Source: Podarcis pityusensis (lineage: Eukaryota). Taken from it: 64,000 nt of DNA. How positions within the stretch are numbered: the stretch's first letter is position 1; every line of letters begins with the position of its first letter. The stretch lies in the NCBI GenBank assembly GCA_964106645.2, contig OZ067044.1; one strand, written 5' to 3'. This document shows, piece by piece, positions 49,198 through 61,021 of this stretch. Position numbers and translations under genes: made by a program. A model generated the notes under the pieces. The model searched no databases and was not told where the DNA came from. It saw only the letters and a list, made by a program, of their open reading frames with translations.

Positions 49198-52100
49198 GTA
49201 AGTGGGTTTGTTTGGTGGGGCTCTGAGGCGCCTCGCTGCCCTCCTCGTGGTGTTGCTAAACAATTGCGAGGCGAAGGCGAGGGAGCGAAGGTGCTGCTTT
49301 GCAACTCGCGAGTTCGGTTTGGGAAAGAGCTCGGACTTTTCCCCAGAAACTTGGTGTGCAGTCCGTGTCTTACATGGCCGTTGAGGGGGGTTTTCCGCTC
49401 AGACAAAACACAAGCTGTCTGCTTGGAGGCTGCAACTCCATGCTGTTGCTGGCGCCCTGTCAAAAACATGTTCCAACTGCCTGCTTTGTGTCCGAACAAA
49501 GTTTTCTCCTAGTCTCTCTTCCCCCTCCCCCTTCTCTCTTTTAAACCCGTTTGTTTTGCTTTACTTCTTGCCTTCTCTCTCATTGAATACTGAAAGTTTC
49601 TCAAACAAGAATGTGCCTTCTGGTCCCGTTCCCCCCGGTTTTTTTTTTACGTTTTAGAATCTCAGCAGCCTTCCTCGAGCATGGGAGCGAAGGAGCGTTC
49701 TTTGTTTGCGATTTTCGGCTAGGAGGGGGGCATGGAGACGGGGGTGGAGCCATTTAAAAAGCGGTTAAGCAAACTCTGGTGCAGGGCTTTTGGTTTTATT
49801 AAAAAGATGCAAAGTGTGTTTATACAAGACACGAAAGCAGGTTTAGGTACACTTTCTTCTCCCAGAATGAGAGAGACTGTGATGATAAAATAACTTGGTA
49901 ACTCGCATAAATACACCGTTTGACAGAGTGGATTTTCCCCTCCTACCCTTTTAAGCAGCGGATTGCCACTGTTTTTGTTTGTGAAAAAACAGCTCAATTT
50001 TATGCATGTTTACTCGGAAGTAAGCCCCATTGATCTCAGTGGGGTTTACTCTAGGTGTACTGCCTTAGGCTGGAGTACTTTACTAAGTTACTTGAGAGTA
50101 AGCCCCAGTGAGGCTAACTTTTTATTGGGCATATAGGATTGGGCAGCTAAGGCAACTTTGCTTTTTTCAAAGAGAACAACCACTTCTTAAATGTTGTATT
50201 TAAAAGTTCATTTTCATGCAGTTGGTCATATTGTATGCTAGTAACATCATTAAAAATTGTAGGGTAGCATTTAAAAGAGTGTTGCATTCTGTAGAGTTGG
50301 CTTTTGCTTAAACTACACATTTTACATTCATAGTTCAAACATTCCTCTCACTTTGCCAGGAGTCCTGCAGCAGTTTGTGTGTGTGTGTATGTACACCTAC
50401 TCTTCAGTTTTGGACTTAAGAGGTCTTCTGTAGCCATAGTTTGTAGTTTTCATGTGGAGCTGCAGAACTAGACACACAAAGGAAACCAGGCCACACAAAT
50501 GCTACAGTTAGGCCGTGGTAAGTGGGTAATATAAGCCCACCATAAACGAAGAGAATATCTGTAGATAAAAGTCTGTGCTTATAACTTTGTATTCTGTCCA
50601 AAAGTTTTTGTTTGCCTGACTACCGGTAACTTTGGATTCTGTGTTACATACCATGACCTGCCCTTTCTGTGGCTAAAGTCATACATCCTGGCTTTTGAGC
50701 TTCCCAGTTTGTACAAATAAGTAACATTATTGGACAAAAATTCCATAGTGAACTACTTAGAATAGTTATTTTTAGAGCATTCCTCTGCTCCCTCTATTTG
50801 CACAGTGGTGGTGAGCTGGTTTCCTGTCTGCTGCTGCTTCCATTGTTCTTTTGGCTTCTCACTCTAGGCAGCTGTTCCATTTGTTTGTGTGTGTGTGTTT
50901 TAAATATAAAGCATCATACAAAGCTAACTGTTAACCCAACTCAACATTAAATGCTTGTACATTTTGTCATGTGTTTAACAGCCTAGCTGTCTAGTGAGCT
51001 TGGGCAGGGCATAAAAGCAAAACAAGGAAAAGATGTCATGATTAAGAGGGAGGACTTCAAAGTTGAGGAGTGCATTGAGTGCACTGGGAGCACATGTTGC
51101 AAGCTGGAAGTTTGCAGAGGCCTGACCTTTAAAAGACAGTGTAATTCAACATTTTCAAATGATAGGCTTACAAAGCTGGCACATGTGGTCTGTAGTTTAT
51201 CATCTGTCCTGAAAAACCCTAAAGTATTTTCTGTGCTATAATCCTAACGTGGAAGGAAGTTCCTGTTAAAGTAAAGGTTTAACATACTTGGTTTTACTTA
51301 TTTCACTCTCAGCCCATCCTTCACCCAGCAATTGATCCCAGTTTATCAAATATAAAACTTAACTTGGTTCTGTGTAAATTTGAGTGCTACTTGTGATTTC
51401 TTGTACATAAGAAGTATATGTGGATTTAAAATCAAGCTGACATAGGGCGGAGGATTAAAGTCAAGGAATGCAGTCTGTGGAGGGATGGGAGAGGGAGTTG
51501 GTATGTTTCAGTATGTGAACCATTATAATGTCTGTCTCCCCTTGCTGTGGAATGAATAATGTATGTTATTCCATAACCTTTGTTTGTGGTACTTGCACAA
51601 ATGATGAGATACCTGGTGATGCACATTTGGGGAGGAAGCATATTCTGTACAAATGGTTCTGATCTGTGTATCAGATCTCATATCCATAAACCATGTTCTA
51701 AAAGAGTGCTTTGGGGGGCCAGGCTAGAATTACACACACCTTGTGAAAATAAAATAATCTGGCTAAGGAGAATGGGAGCAGCTGCCCAGAGATTGGAGCA
51801 TCTCTTTGATCCCTCTTTGCCTTATGAGTATGGGTGAGTTTGTTTATTTACCAAACCTGTTGCCCCATTTAAAACAAAGAGCTCCTCAAGCTGGGTTTTA
51901 ACACAATGGCCAAGCAATATATGAAAACATCTAGATCAACACTGTATAAAAGGGCTGTTAAAATAATAAGCCTAGGAACTGGTTAACTAACAAAAACAAT
52001 AGTTCATAGAGCATCAGTCAAAAAAGCTGCTCTTGACAGCAGCCTGTTGAAGCTGTGTTTTCCCTTCTTCTGACAAGTTAGGGAGACAAATAGGCAGCCC

Positions 52101-55100
52101 TTGTGTCTCATTAAATTCTCTTTCTCTTGCTGTCCTGGGTATGTTAACACTAGCCAGGTGCCACTATTTTTAATTGCTATGCCAATCGCAAGCCTGCTGC
52201 CTCCTTTGTTTTCGCCTTGATTGCATTTGGGCAGAGTCCATACCACATAGTACTTTCTTCATGTCAGTAGTATACAGTAGTGACTTTTCTTCGTGTTTAA
52301 AAATTCTTTACTTAAACATTTAGGCATGATTTGAATCTTGTACATGTGATTTAACCCAGTGCTGGAATGAGTTCTGCAGGTGCCTTCTGGAAATGTTTTG
52401 CTCCTGTGAACATGGGCAGCGGCTCAAGTAGAGCTTCACAAAACACACACAGTGAGAGAGATTTCCTGGAGAAAGCAGTCTAGCACATTGTTCTCTTGGC
52501 AAAGGGAGAGCCTGCTTCTTGAAAGCCTCTTTGTAAATCTTATTAAAGCAGCTGGTTTCTACCCTTTGCAATACTTCTTCACAGCACAGCTCTTCCGTTA
52601 CGTTACCCTGCCTATTATTAAATGGGCTTATTTTCCTCTAATATTCAAAATCAAAGAGATTATTAACAGTATCTAGTGTACAGGTCTGTGTGTGGTCTAA
52701 TGCACGTTAATATGGTGTTACTTTGTGCCAGGAAGATGAAAATGGTGCAGTTAATCCAAAGAAATTTAATCTTGCATATATACATTTTGACAGTGTCATG
52801 CTGTGCATGCATCTAGAGTGAATTTCAAAACTGAGGCCTGCAAGTTGTGCCAAAAGCCAGTTGTGTCCCAATACCTTGTACCTGGTGAACTCTGTGTGTG
52901 TTTTCAAAGAGCACTGTTAAAAACACTCCAGATGTTGTAGGACCCCAACTCCAATCAGCCCCAATCAAGATCTTGAGGGCCACAGATTCCCCATCCGAGA
53001 TCTATCTAGAACAGTATGGTCAGAGCATTATCATAGTTCAAGAGTTCGTTCAAGGCAGCCCAAAACACTCGAGGGCACAGAGTGGGGTCAGTGAGGTGGT
53101 TGTGGCCTGAGGAAAGTCCTGAAGTTTGGAGGGCCACATTTGGGCTTCAGAATCCCCACTATTGATCTAAGAAACATGAACAAGAACTGCACACCTACAG
53201 TTACTGGAATAAGGGTGACCGCTGGAAGCTTCTTACTCATGCATACTTGCAGCTTTTTCTTTCTTTTACTTTGAGGAACTTGACATAAGTATCTCTGATA
53301 CTTTCATTACCTAAGAAGTCTAAATTTTACTGCATTAGAACCCTAAATTAAAACAAGGCAACACTTCTGTATCCAGATAGTTGCCCCCACCTTTAAACAC
53401 AGCAAACAACTAACTGTTAACACATGAGACAGACAGCCTAGGAAGGATGCCTTTTAACTGTGCCCTGTTAAAACAGGAAATCAAATGCGCAGACTGATTA
53501 CTAACAAGAGGAAAAACCAAAGCTAGCCTGTAATCAGCACAAATGCTGCAATGTAAACAGAGCCATGGCAGCCCCAATGTGGCCTTTGCTCTAATGAGAA
53601 ATCAGCTGGACTAAGGAGAGATCTGCTGCCTACTTCTAGTTTCCTGTTGCTGCAACTCCTGCACAAATAGGGGGACTTTTCTCCTGGCAGTTCAAAGGGC
53701 CGGTGCTCCATTATTGAAATCAGCTCATTACCCCAAGAGAAGTTGCATGGCAGTTTTCTCTTGTTTAGCCCAAACCTGTTTTGTATCATTAACCTCTTAG
53801 CAGAGGGAACATGTCACAATAAGTAAGCAGATCAAAGGGCAGGCAGCACTGCTGGTTTGTTCTTGCTTTAATTTTTTGTTTGTTCTGTCAGGAGATTTAT
53901 CGGATCTTGTTTTTATTTTTGAGGGGTAGGGAGGGGAAGAGCAGGCTCTTCAGTTTCGTTTTTGAGGAGGGGCACTGGAAGTATATAAGTCTAGCTTTTG
54001 AATATTTTTAGCACAAGTTTGTAACATTTCCACTACCCCTCCTTTTTGCTCTTAAGGCAATGTCCTGATCTAGCTGACTAAAATACTTTAGCATGACTGT
54101 TTACCTCAAGGCAGGACTCATCATGCAAATACTTGTGCAATGTGTGTAGATCCATTGACTTGTCTGCTTCTTTGAACCACTTGCTGTTGCGTACATATTC
54201 TCTATGAACATGGAAAGCACCGAGCAAGCCTGACAATGGCCAAATGACCCACTGAACTCTCTGCATACTATAGAACTCAGCGGGGAGAAGCAATAATTAG
54301 TTGGCTGTTAGCTCTAGCTCCACCCGCTGGCCTTCCACCCCACCAGTTTCAGTGGGCACCAGCTACCACTACATAAAATATACATTAGAATTATTCTCCT
54401 GAGATTCTGTTGAGCAACATCACATTGGGAACACATCATAGAAGATTGGGGTTCCAAAAATTTCTGTTCCTACTGGGCTCCTGTGCTTGACAGAGGAGCA
54501 ACAGGCTGAGCATTTCCATGCCTGGCAGAGCTGCAGCTGTTACATCACTGTCATTATGTTCTCTGGGAAAACACCGAGAGGGCTGTGCCAGAACAGAAAA
54601 AGTGGTGGTCCCAGAGAAGAAAAGCTTCTGGTTTCCTACTCCAGCTTCTGCTGCAGTGGCTCTTGCTTGGGATAGCCATGACACAGAGGGTGTCCTCATG
54701 CCTCTTACTGGGAAACATGGGGATAGTGGGTTGGTGATAACTTTCTTTAGCCCACTGGCTTGGGAGGGTTTTGTTCACCTGCTTTCTCACATTGCTTTGT
54801 TGTTAGCTGATTTTTATGTCATTTTTCATCATTTTGTTATACTTGTCTGTATTTTGTTCACCGCTTTGGGAGCCTCTGGGTCAAAAAGCAGTGTATAAAT
54901 CAACAATAACAACAGCAACAATATTGTTATTATCATTAAAACAATAGTTGGGCATCCTTTGTAGGGCGTTCCACTAGAACTACCGTTCTACTTGGCTACT
55001 CTGCTCTGTATGTCCTTGCTGTGATCCTTCAGGAGACTTGAGTGTTTGGTCAGACGTACCAGTGGATATGGTAGAGCATTTAGTGGCTTGGCCCCTGATG

Positions 55101-55228
55101 GCCTTTGACAATGCATGATGGGACTTAGGTTTGGGAGCTTCTTTTCTGTGCAGTCCATACCCATCCTGAACCCTCTTTGCAACTAACACTGTTACCACCT
55201 GTTGAATAACGATGCATATTACCCTATA

Positions 55229-55454
55229 CAGTGGTACCTCGGGTTACATACGCTTCAGGTTACACACTCCATTAACCCAGAAATAGTGCTTCAGGTTAAG
55301 AACTTTGCTTCAGGATAAGAACAGAAATCAGGCTCCGGCGGCATGGTGGCAGCTGGAGGCCCCATTAGCTAAAGTGGTGCTTCAGGTTAAGAACAGTTTC
55401 AGGTTAAGAACGGACCTCCGGAACGAATTAAGTACTTAACCTGAGGTACCACTG
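55229..55454. mobile_element. Tc1/mariner-type MITE, family A copy 6 (TGIF1 intron 1)
   Basis: TA|CAGTGGTACCTCGGGTTA ... TAACCTGAGGTACCACTG|TA. Confidence 0.88.
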
Positions 55455-56001
55455 TACTGTTGTGGATGGCAGGGGGAGAGAAATTCTGTAGTGATGAGTG
55501 TCTAAATGCTCTGCACAACTATCATTTTTTAATAACCTTTGCTGGGAGGGGAATAAAGGAAGTGGCGGTATAGTAATTTGAAGGTTACAGTGTAATCCTA
55601 ACCTTGTCTGCTCAGAAGTAACAACTGTTGAATTTAGTGGGGCTTACTCCCAGGTAAGTGGGGTTGGGATTAGACTCCTTCATGTTGGTGACCTGCCATC
55701 CATGCTTAACTGTGTGTGGACTGCTGGCCTTGCAGCTCCATTGCAGGAATAGAGTCCAGGTTTCTGGTAGACATCGTGTCAAGGCGCCATGCACAGTTGC
55801 CTGTGACGAAAGTTCCCAGCTAAAGCTGCTTGTTGTGTGCTGACATTGGCTTTTAGCTGGAATCTTATCTCCCTTGTGGCTCTGGGAGTGAAGGAAGAAG
55901 AGAGAGGGCTGTCATCTGGCCCTCTTCAATGGGAATGCTTTACCTTTGCTTCATCTGTAGTTTCAGATGTAACATTACACTGTCCCTGAGTTGAATATAG
56001 C

Positions 56002-56133
56002 AGGGATGGGGGAACATGTGACTCTCAGATGTTGCTGGACTGCAGCTCCCAGCATCCCTGACCACTGGCCATGCTGGCTGGGGCTGATGGGAGATCCAGC
56101 AACACCTGGAAGGCCACAGATTCTGTATTCTTG
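56002..56133. mobile_element. Old hAT-like palindromic MITE (related decayed copies at ~28705-28840, 32050-32180, 52920-53160)
   Basis: Inverted arms CAGATGTTGCTGGA..CTCCCAGCA / TGATGGGAG.TCCAGCAACACCTG. Confidence 0.55.
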
Positions 56134-57848
56134 TAGTATAAGTTTCTGACTAATATCTGCCTGGTTTTCTTCTGCAAGTGAAATGTGGTTTAGGACTGAA
56201 TCTATCCCAGCCAGTGGGCGAAACTCAATAAGATTTGTCTGTCAAACTAGTGTATACGACTTGGATTCCTAAAATTTCTGGTGGGAATAAAAGACATGTA
56301 GCCAAAGCTTTGGTTTCCTGCACTGACTAGTTTGTTTATATGACCTGTAGTAACTACCTTCTTCTAAACTCAGCGATACAGCTGCAAATAAAACATTTTA
56401 AGTGCAATGTGACACTAGATGGCAATGGTGAGCCTTATGGAAAATTCAATGTATTTTTAAACACTTTTAAAAAAGCATTTTCAGAACAGTTTTTAATATG
56501 TGTGTAGATTCCACCAAAGTATTGCTAGTTTCTTTAGATGTTCTTTTTACTGCAGTGTTCAGCACATTGACTTGAAAGTAAGCTTTACTTAAATCAGTGG
56601 GGTTATGTTTCTAGACATATGATTATAGAATTGAGATGTTAGCTCTCTCTAGTACAAAATGGAATTGTAAATGTATTGCCAGATAGTTGTATATGAATGC
56701 ATTGATACAATATTGCTGTTGTGAATGAAGCCTGCTGGGGCAGGGTGAGGAACACAGTAGAGCACGTTGTTTGCATGCAAGAAGATTCCAAGTTCTCCCC
56801 CAGGTTCTCCAGTTAAAAATAATCAGGGACAAGGCAGAGTTTAGAAAATACCTGATGTAAGGGAGCAACAGGGTGGAATGGAACAGCAGTGCCACCATTG
56901 CATCCAAAGCCCTGCTATTTGTACTGGCCAAAGCTTAAGGTGTGCGGAGGGGTAGCATTTTGCCTAATTTTAGCTGTGGCCACCTCCAAAATCAGGCCAT
57001 TCTGGCTGTTAGATAGGCTTAAGAGCTAGTGGACCATGGCCCAGCCAGTTTCACTGTCCTTTTGTCCCCGTTTCAGGGCTTTACACCAGCTGTTGGCAGT
57101 GGATTCCCCGTGATAGCCAGTCAACAGCCCACACTGTCAACAGGCACTGCAGGAATGTTCCATGGCAGTGAAGAAGCAGCGGGAATTGGGGGTTGTGATT
57201 GTTGTTTTTGGCAGTTTCCTATAAATTTACTACATGAAACGAACAGTGATGCCACCCACAAGCAAGTTAAACTCAAGAACTTGGATGAAGGTAGATCCAT
57301 GGCTCATCCCTACGATTTGCTGTGCCAGCATTAAATATAGTACATCAACTGCTATGCCAGCACAGAGTCAAGGCTGAAAAATACCACACTGGCTTTTGTG
57401 CATTTAATCCTTGATGGAGCAGTTGGGCACATTGGCCTCTGTTGAAAATTTCAGGTGCTCAGTCTTAAGTGGTTTGTGAATAGAAGAGCAGAAAATGTTT
57501 AAACTTTTAAAAGCTAGAAGTTTCTAAGGAGTGTTGGAATATCACTGACATCTAATCTTGGTTTTGGCTTCCTGCCTACCTAATCATGAAGCATTTAGCT
57601 TGGAAGGAAATTTGCTGGATTGCATACCCACAGTTGCTGGCCAATAGTTGGTATGGTACTGGCAAATGATGCAAGCCACTGTATGTATGAGACCATGTGG
57701 ACAGTTATTAAGGTGACTGGCACACCTGTGCCATATCCCCAGAATACAGGAACTGGAGGTATATCTTAAGGTTGCCTCTCTGATGCTCATTGCCACGCTT
57801 TAATTGCAGGTGATAAAATGTGTCTGAATGGATAAGATGAAGAGATAG

Positions 57849-58139
<291 letters not shown>

Positions 58140-59054
58140 TAAGACTATGATCCTAAGTACACTTAATTTGGAGCAAGTCCTGTTTAATTCAGTGCAACTC
58201 GCTTCTGAATAAATAGGCATAGGATTGCATTGTATAATAGTGTTAGTTGATGAGGTTGTATAGCCATGAGCTTATGTGTTATTTTCATATGCTGATGATA
58301 CTTTGAAAGGTGTTGTTTTGTATTTGGGATCTACTTACAAACCAGTGCAAACACATAGAGTAGATGGTTCTGTTTGGGCTTTGGATCAGGGTTTTTTGGG
58401 GCTCACTCTAGCAGCATGGATGGTGTCTGTCATAGAGTTGTAAATTACCTCTGGCTGTTTTCATCACAAGCTGAATTTGTGTATCTCTGTAATGGCCTCA
58501 CTGAACCCATATATTGTAACTTTAAGCTCCCTGTAGTATTCCAAAACAGGAGCAAGATGTGAGTGCACATTACAGTGACTCTGGAAAATGAGCAGGGTGA
58601 CAGTGGGGACATGGAAGTGGCAACTGCAGAGTTCCATCCCCCCCCCCAATGCTCCAAATATAGCAGTTTTAAGCATAAGCTTGTAACATGTCTGTGTAGC
58701 TTTTCATAGAAATAGCTCTTTTCAAGTATCTGGCAAATAATGTGCATGTGTCTGTACTCTGATTGACCTAAGAATGCAAAGTTAGAGGGCTGGTTTCTGT
58801 TCCCAGTTCTGTCAGTGACAGTGCGCAATTCTTTGTATCAGCAAGAACAAAGTGAAATTATGCTTCTGTATTTTATGGGAGTCTCTATTTGCTAACACAC
58901 ATAAAAGCTTGCAGACTCTAGGAAGCAAGGTCCAAAGTTCCATTGGAAGTAGCCTGGAATGTGTACACTCGAATGCAGACCAAAATATGCTGGGTTTTTG
59001 TTGGCAGCTCTGCAGAAGAAATTTTGAAAACACAAAAGATACAGCCCCCTTGGA

Positions 59055-59056
<2 letters not shown>

Positions 59057-59092
<36 letters not shown>
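59057..59092. repeat. (TG)n microsatellite
   Basis: Directly visible, about 18 units. Confidence 0.95.
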
Positions 59093-59093
<1 letters not shown>

Positions 59094-59975
59094 GTAATTT
59101 TGCACATATTTTCACAATACATCACTCCTCTTCATACATTCAGCTTGAACCAATGAGGGCCAAATATGAGGAGACATTCACACAAGTCTGTCCCCACTAA
59201 CCTTCCCCCGCCCCCATATGCTAGCTCTGCTTTAGGCCTTGCTGCTCAACACACACACACAATATATAGGGTTGTGTGTCCTTCATGTGATGGGGCAGAA
59301 CACCTGAAAAAGATTGTGTGTGTCTGTGTGTTGGGACTGCATAAATCCAGCTTGCTAAAGACATAAATCTTTTGACCTCTCATCCTGTTGCTTTCTTAGA
59401 ATATCATTTCTTTGTAAGCGATAAGCAAATTTCCTTTGTCTGCACTGGGCAGAAGGAGAAACCATCCTTATCCAGCAAACATGAAAAGGGTTGTTAAGCT
59501 GTCCTTTTATTGCCCAGGAAACTGGCTTGATATTCAAACAAGGGCAAACTTCAGTGAGGTAATCTCTGTTTTGCCTGTTGACACAGTTAGTTGAACAGGG
59601 CAAATCAGTAACTGTTTTTGGGAGGAGTTTCTCTTTCACAGGGAAACATTTTCCTGTTGTTAATTAACCCAAATGCAATGAACAATGAGTAACAGGTTAA
59701 CATGTGTACAGAGCTAAAAAACTAAGCCTATTGGTTTAGGCTAAGCAGACTTCAGAGAGCCTGAGGCTCTTTAGTAAGCAGAAAGGGCTGGTAGAAACAG
59801 GAAGGAAAGAAAGGCCTTCATTCAAGGATGTGTCATAACTTGTCTGCTGGACTTCCATTTGTCCTGCAGTTAAGGAATCTGCTTGAAGGGAGTCACAGAT
59901 TTAACTGCAACTGCTCTAATGGCACAGAGTCGGAAATGAATGGAGGTAGGCATTAAGATGTGCTTGTGTTCTTAG

Positions 59976-60533
59976 GTCTGCAACTGGTTTATCAATGCAC
60001 GCCGCAGGCTTTTGCCTGACATGCTGAGGAAGGACGGGAAGGACCCAAATCAGTTCACCATCTCACGACGAGGGACCAAGATGGCTGACGGCAGCCCGGT
60101 GGAATTCTCCATTGGCACAAAAAACTGCATTCCACTGATTGAGAGCTCGTTCCTCTCCGGTAGCACAGGACCAAACAAGACTTGCAAATCTTCTTCCTTG
60201 GGATCCGTTTTGGCTCGGCCATCAGTAATTTGCCACACCACCGTAACTGCACTGAAAGATGCTCCTTTCCATTTTGGCCAACCGGGTGGCACTGGTCAGA
60301 CCCCGGATGACCTGCAGCGGGCTTCCCCTACCAACTTCACAGACAACTCCCATCTATACCACGAGGATGTGTCTAAGCTGGGACCTGGTACAAATGCACA
60401 GAGTGGGCTTTTCAACACTCCCCCACCGACCCCTCCAGACCTCAACCAGGATTTTAGTGGGTTTCAGCTCCTGGTGGATGTTGCACTGAAACGGGCCGCG
60501 GAGATGGAGCTGCAGGCGAAACTCATGATATAA
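59976..60533 (+). CDS. TGIF1: TGIF1 coding exon 3 (558 nt to stop)
   Basis: ttcttag| [33 protein letters not shown]...[10 protein letters not shown]...[11 protein letters not shown] (ERK/Fbw7 degron)...[21 protein letters not shown] (Sin3-binding). Total 16+230+558 = 804 nt = 267 aa. Confidence 0.97.
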   Translation, partial: VCNWFINARRRLLPDMLRKDGKDPNQFTISRRGTKMADGSPVEFSIGTKNCIPLIESSFLSGSTGPNKTCKSSSLGSVLARPSVICHTTVTALKDAPFHFGQPGGTGQTPDDLQRASPTNFTDNSHLYHEDVSKLGPGTNAQSGLFNTPPPTPPDLNQDFSGFQLLVDVALKRAAEMELQAKLMI

Positions 60534-61015
60534 AACATTCTTCATATTTGCCCCCTGGGGCAGGGATATAACGGAAAGATGTGGCAATTGTCTACATGGT
60601 ATCAAAGACTTAACTGCATTTTTTAATTAATCTTATTTGCACAAGGGATTGCTGAAATGAAGCTTCCTGCCACTGAAGTGGTTTTCAGTGGGATATGGTC
60701 ATTCCAAGAATTATAGACTTAAAGCTACTGTAGAAACAAAAGGGTTTTCTTTATTTCTTTTCTTTTTTTTAAAAAAAATGTTTTGTAGTAGGGTGTTTTT
60801 TTTCATAATGTGAGATGATTCCCAATATCATGTGATTTTGTTTTGTTATTATTTTCATTGTTTTTTTTCTCTCCAGACTGTGCAATATTTAGAAACAAGA
60901 TTAGTCTTCATATCATTCCCACGTGGAACAAAATATACCAACAGGCTGTCTTAAAAAACAAATTCAAGATTTTAAAACATGTTTGAATTTGAATGATTAT
61001 GCTTTTTCATGATGT

Positions 61016-61021
61016 AATAAA
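61016..61021 (+). terminator. TGIF1 polyadenylation signal
   Basis: AATAAA about 480 nt after the stop codon, with a downstream TGTGTTTTGTGTGT element. Confidence 0.8.

Larger units (their letters stand above)
45230..49760 (+). promoter_or_regulatory. Extended CpG-island/promoter region of TGIF1 (several sub-islands, probably alternative first exons)
   Basis: CpG-rich blocks at ~45.3-46.1, 46.6-47.3 and 47.7-49.7 kb. AP-1 motifs TGAGTCA (45097-45103) and TGACTCA (46091-46097). Includes the ATG exon. Confidence 0.75.

Noticed and set aside
44352-49544. Many Pro/Gly/Arg-rich ORFs upstream of TGIF1 (possible long N-terminal isoform)
   Set aside because: GC-content artefacts; none resembles the human long isoform as I remember it, and only the MKSKK segment has a fitting donor and phase.
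56750-56820. tRNA-like sequence (also the SINE heads at 27.4, 37.4, 42.3 and 43.9 kb)
   Set aside because: Degenerate SINE heads with no intact cloverleaf; not tRNA genes.
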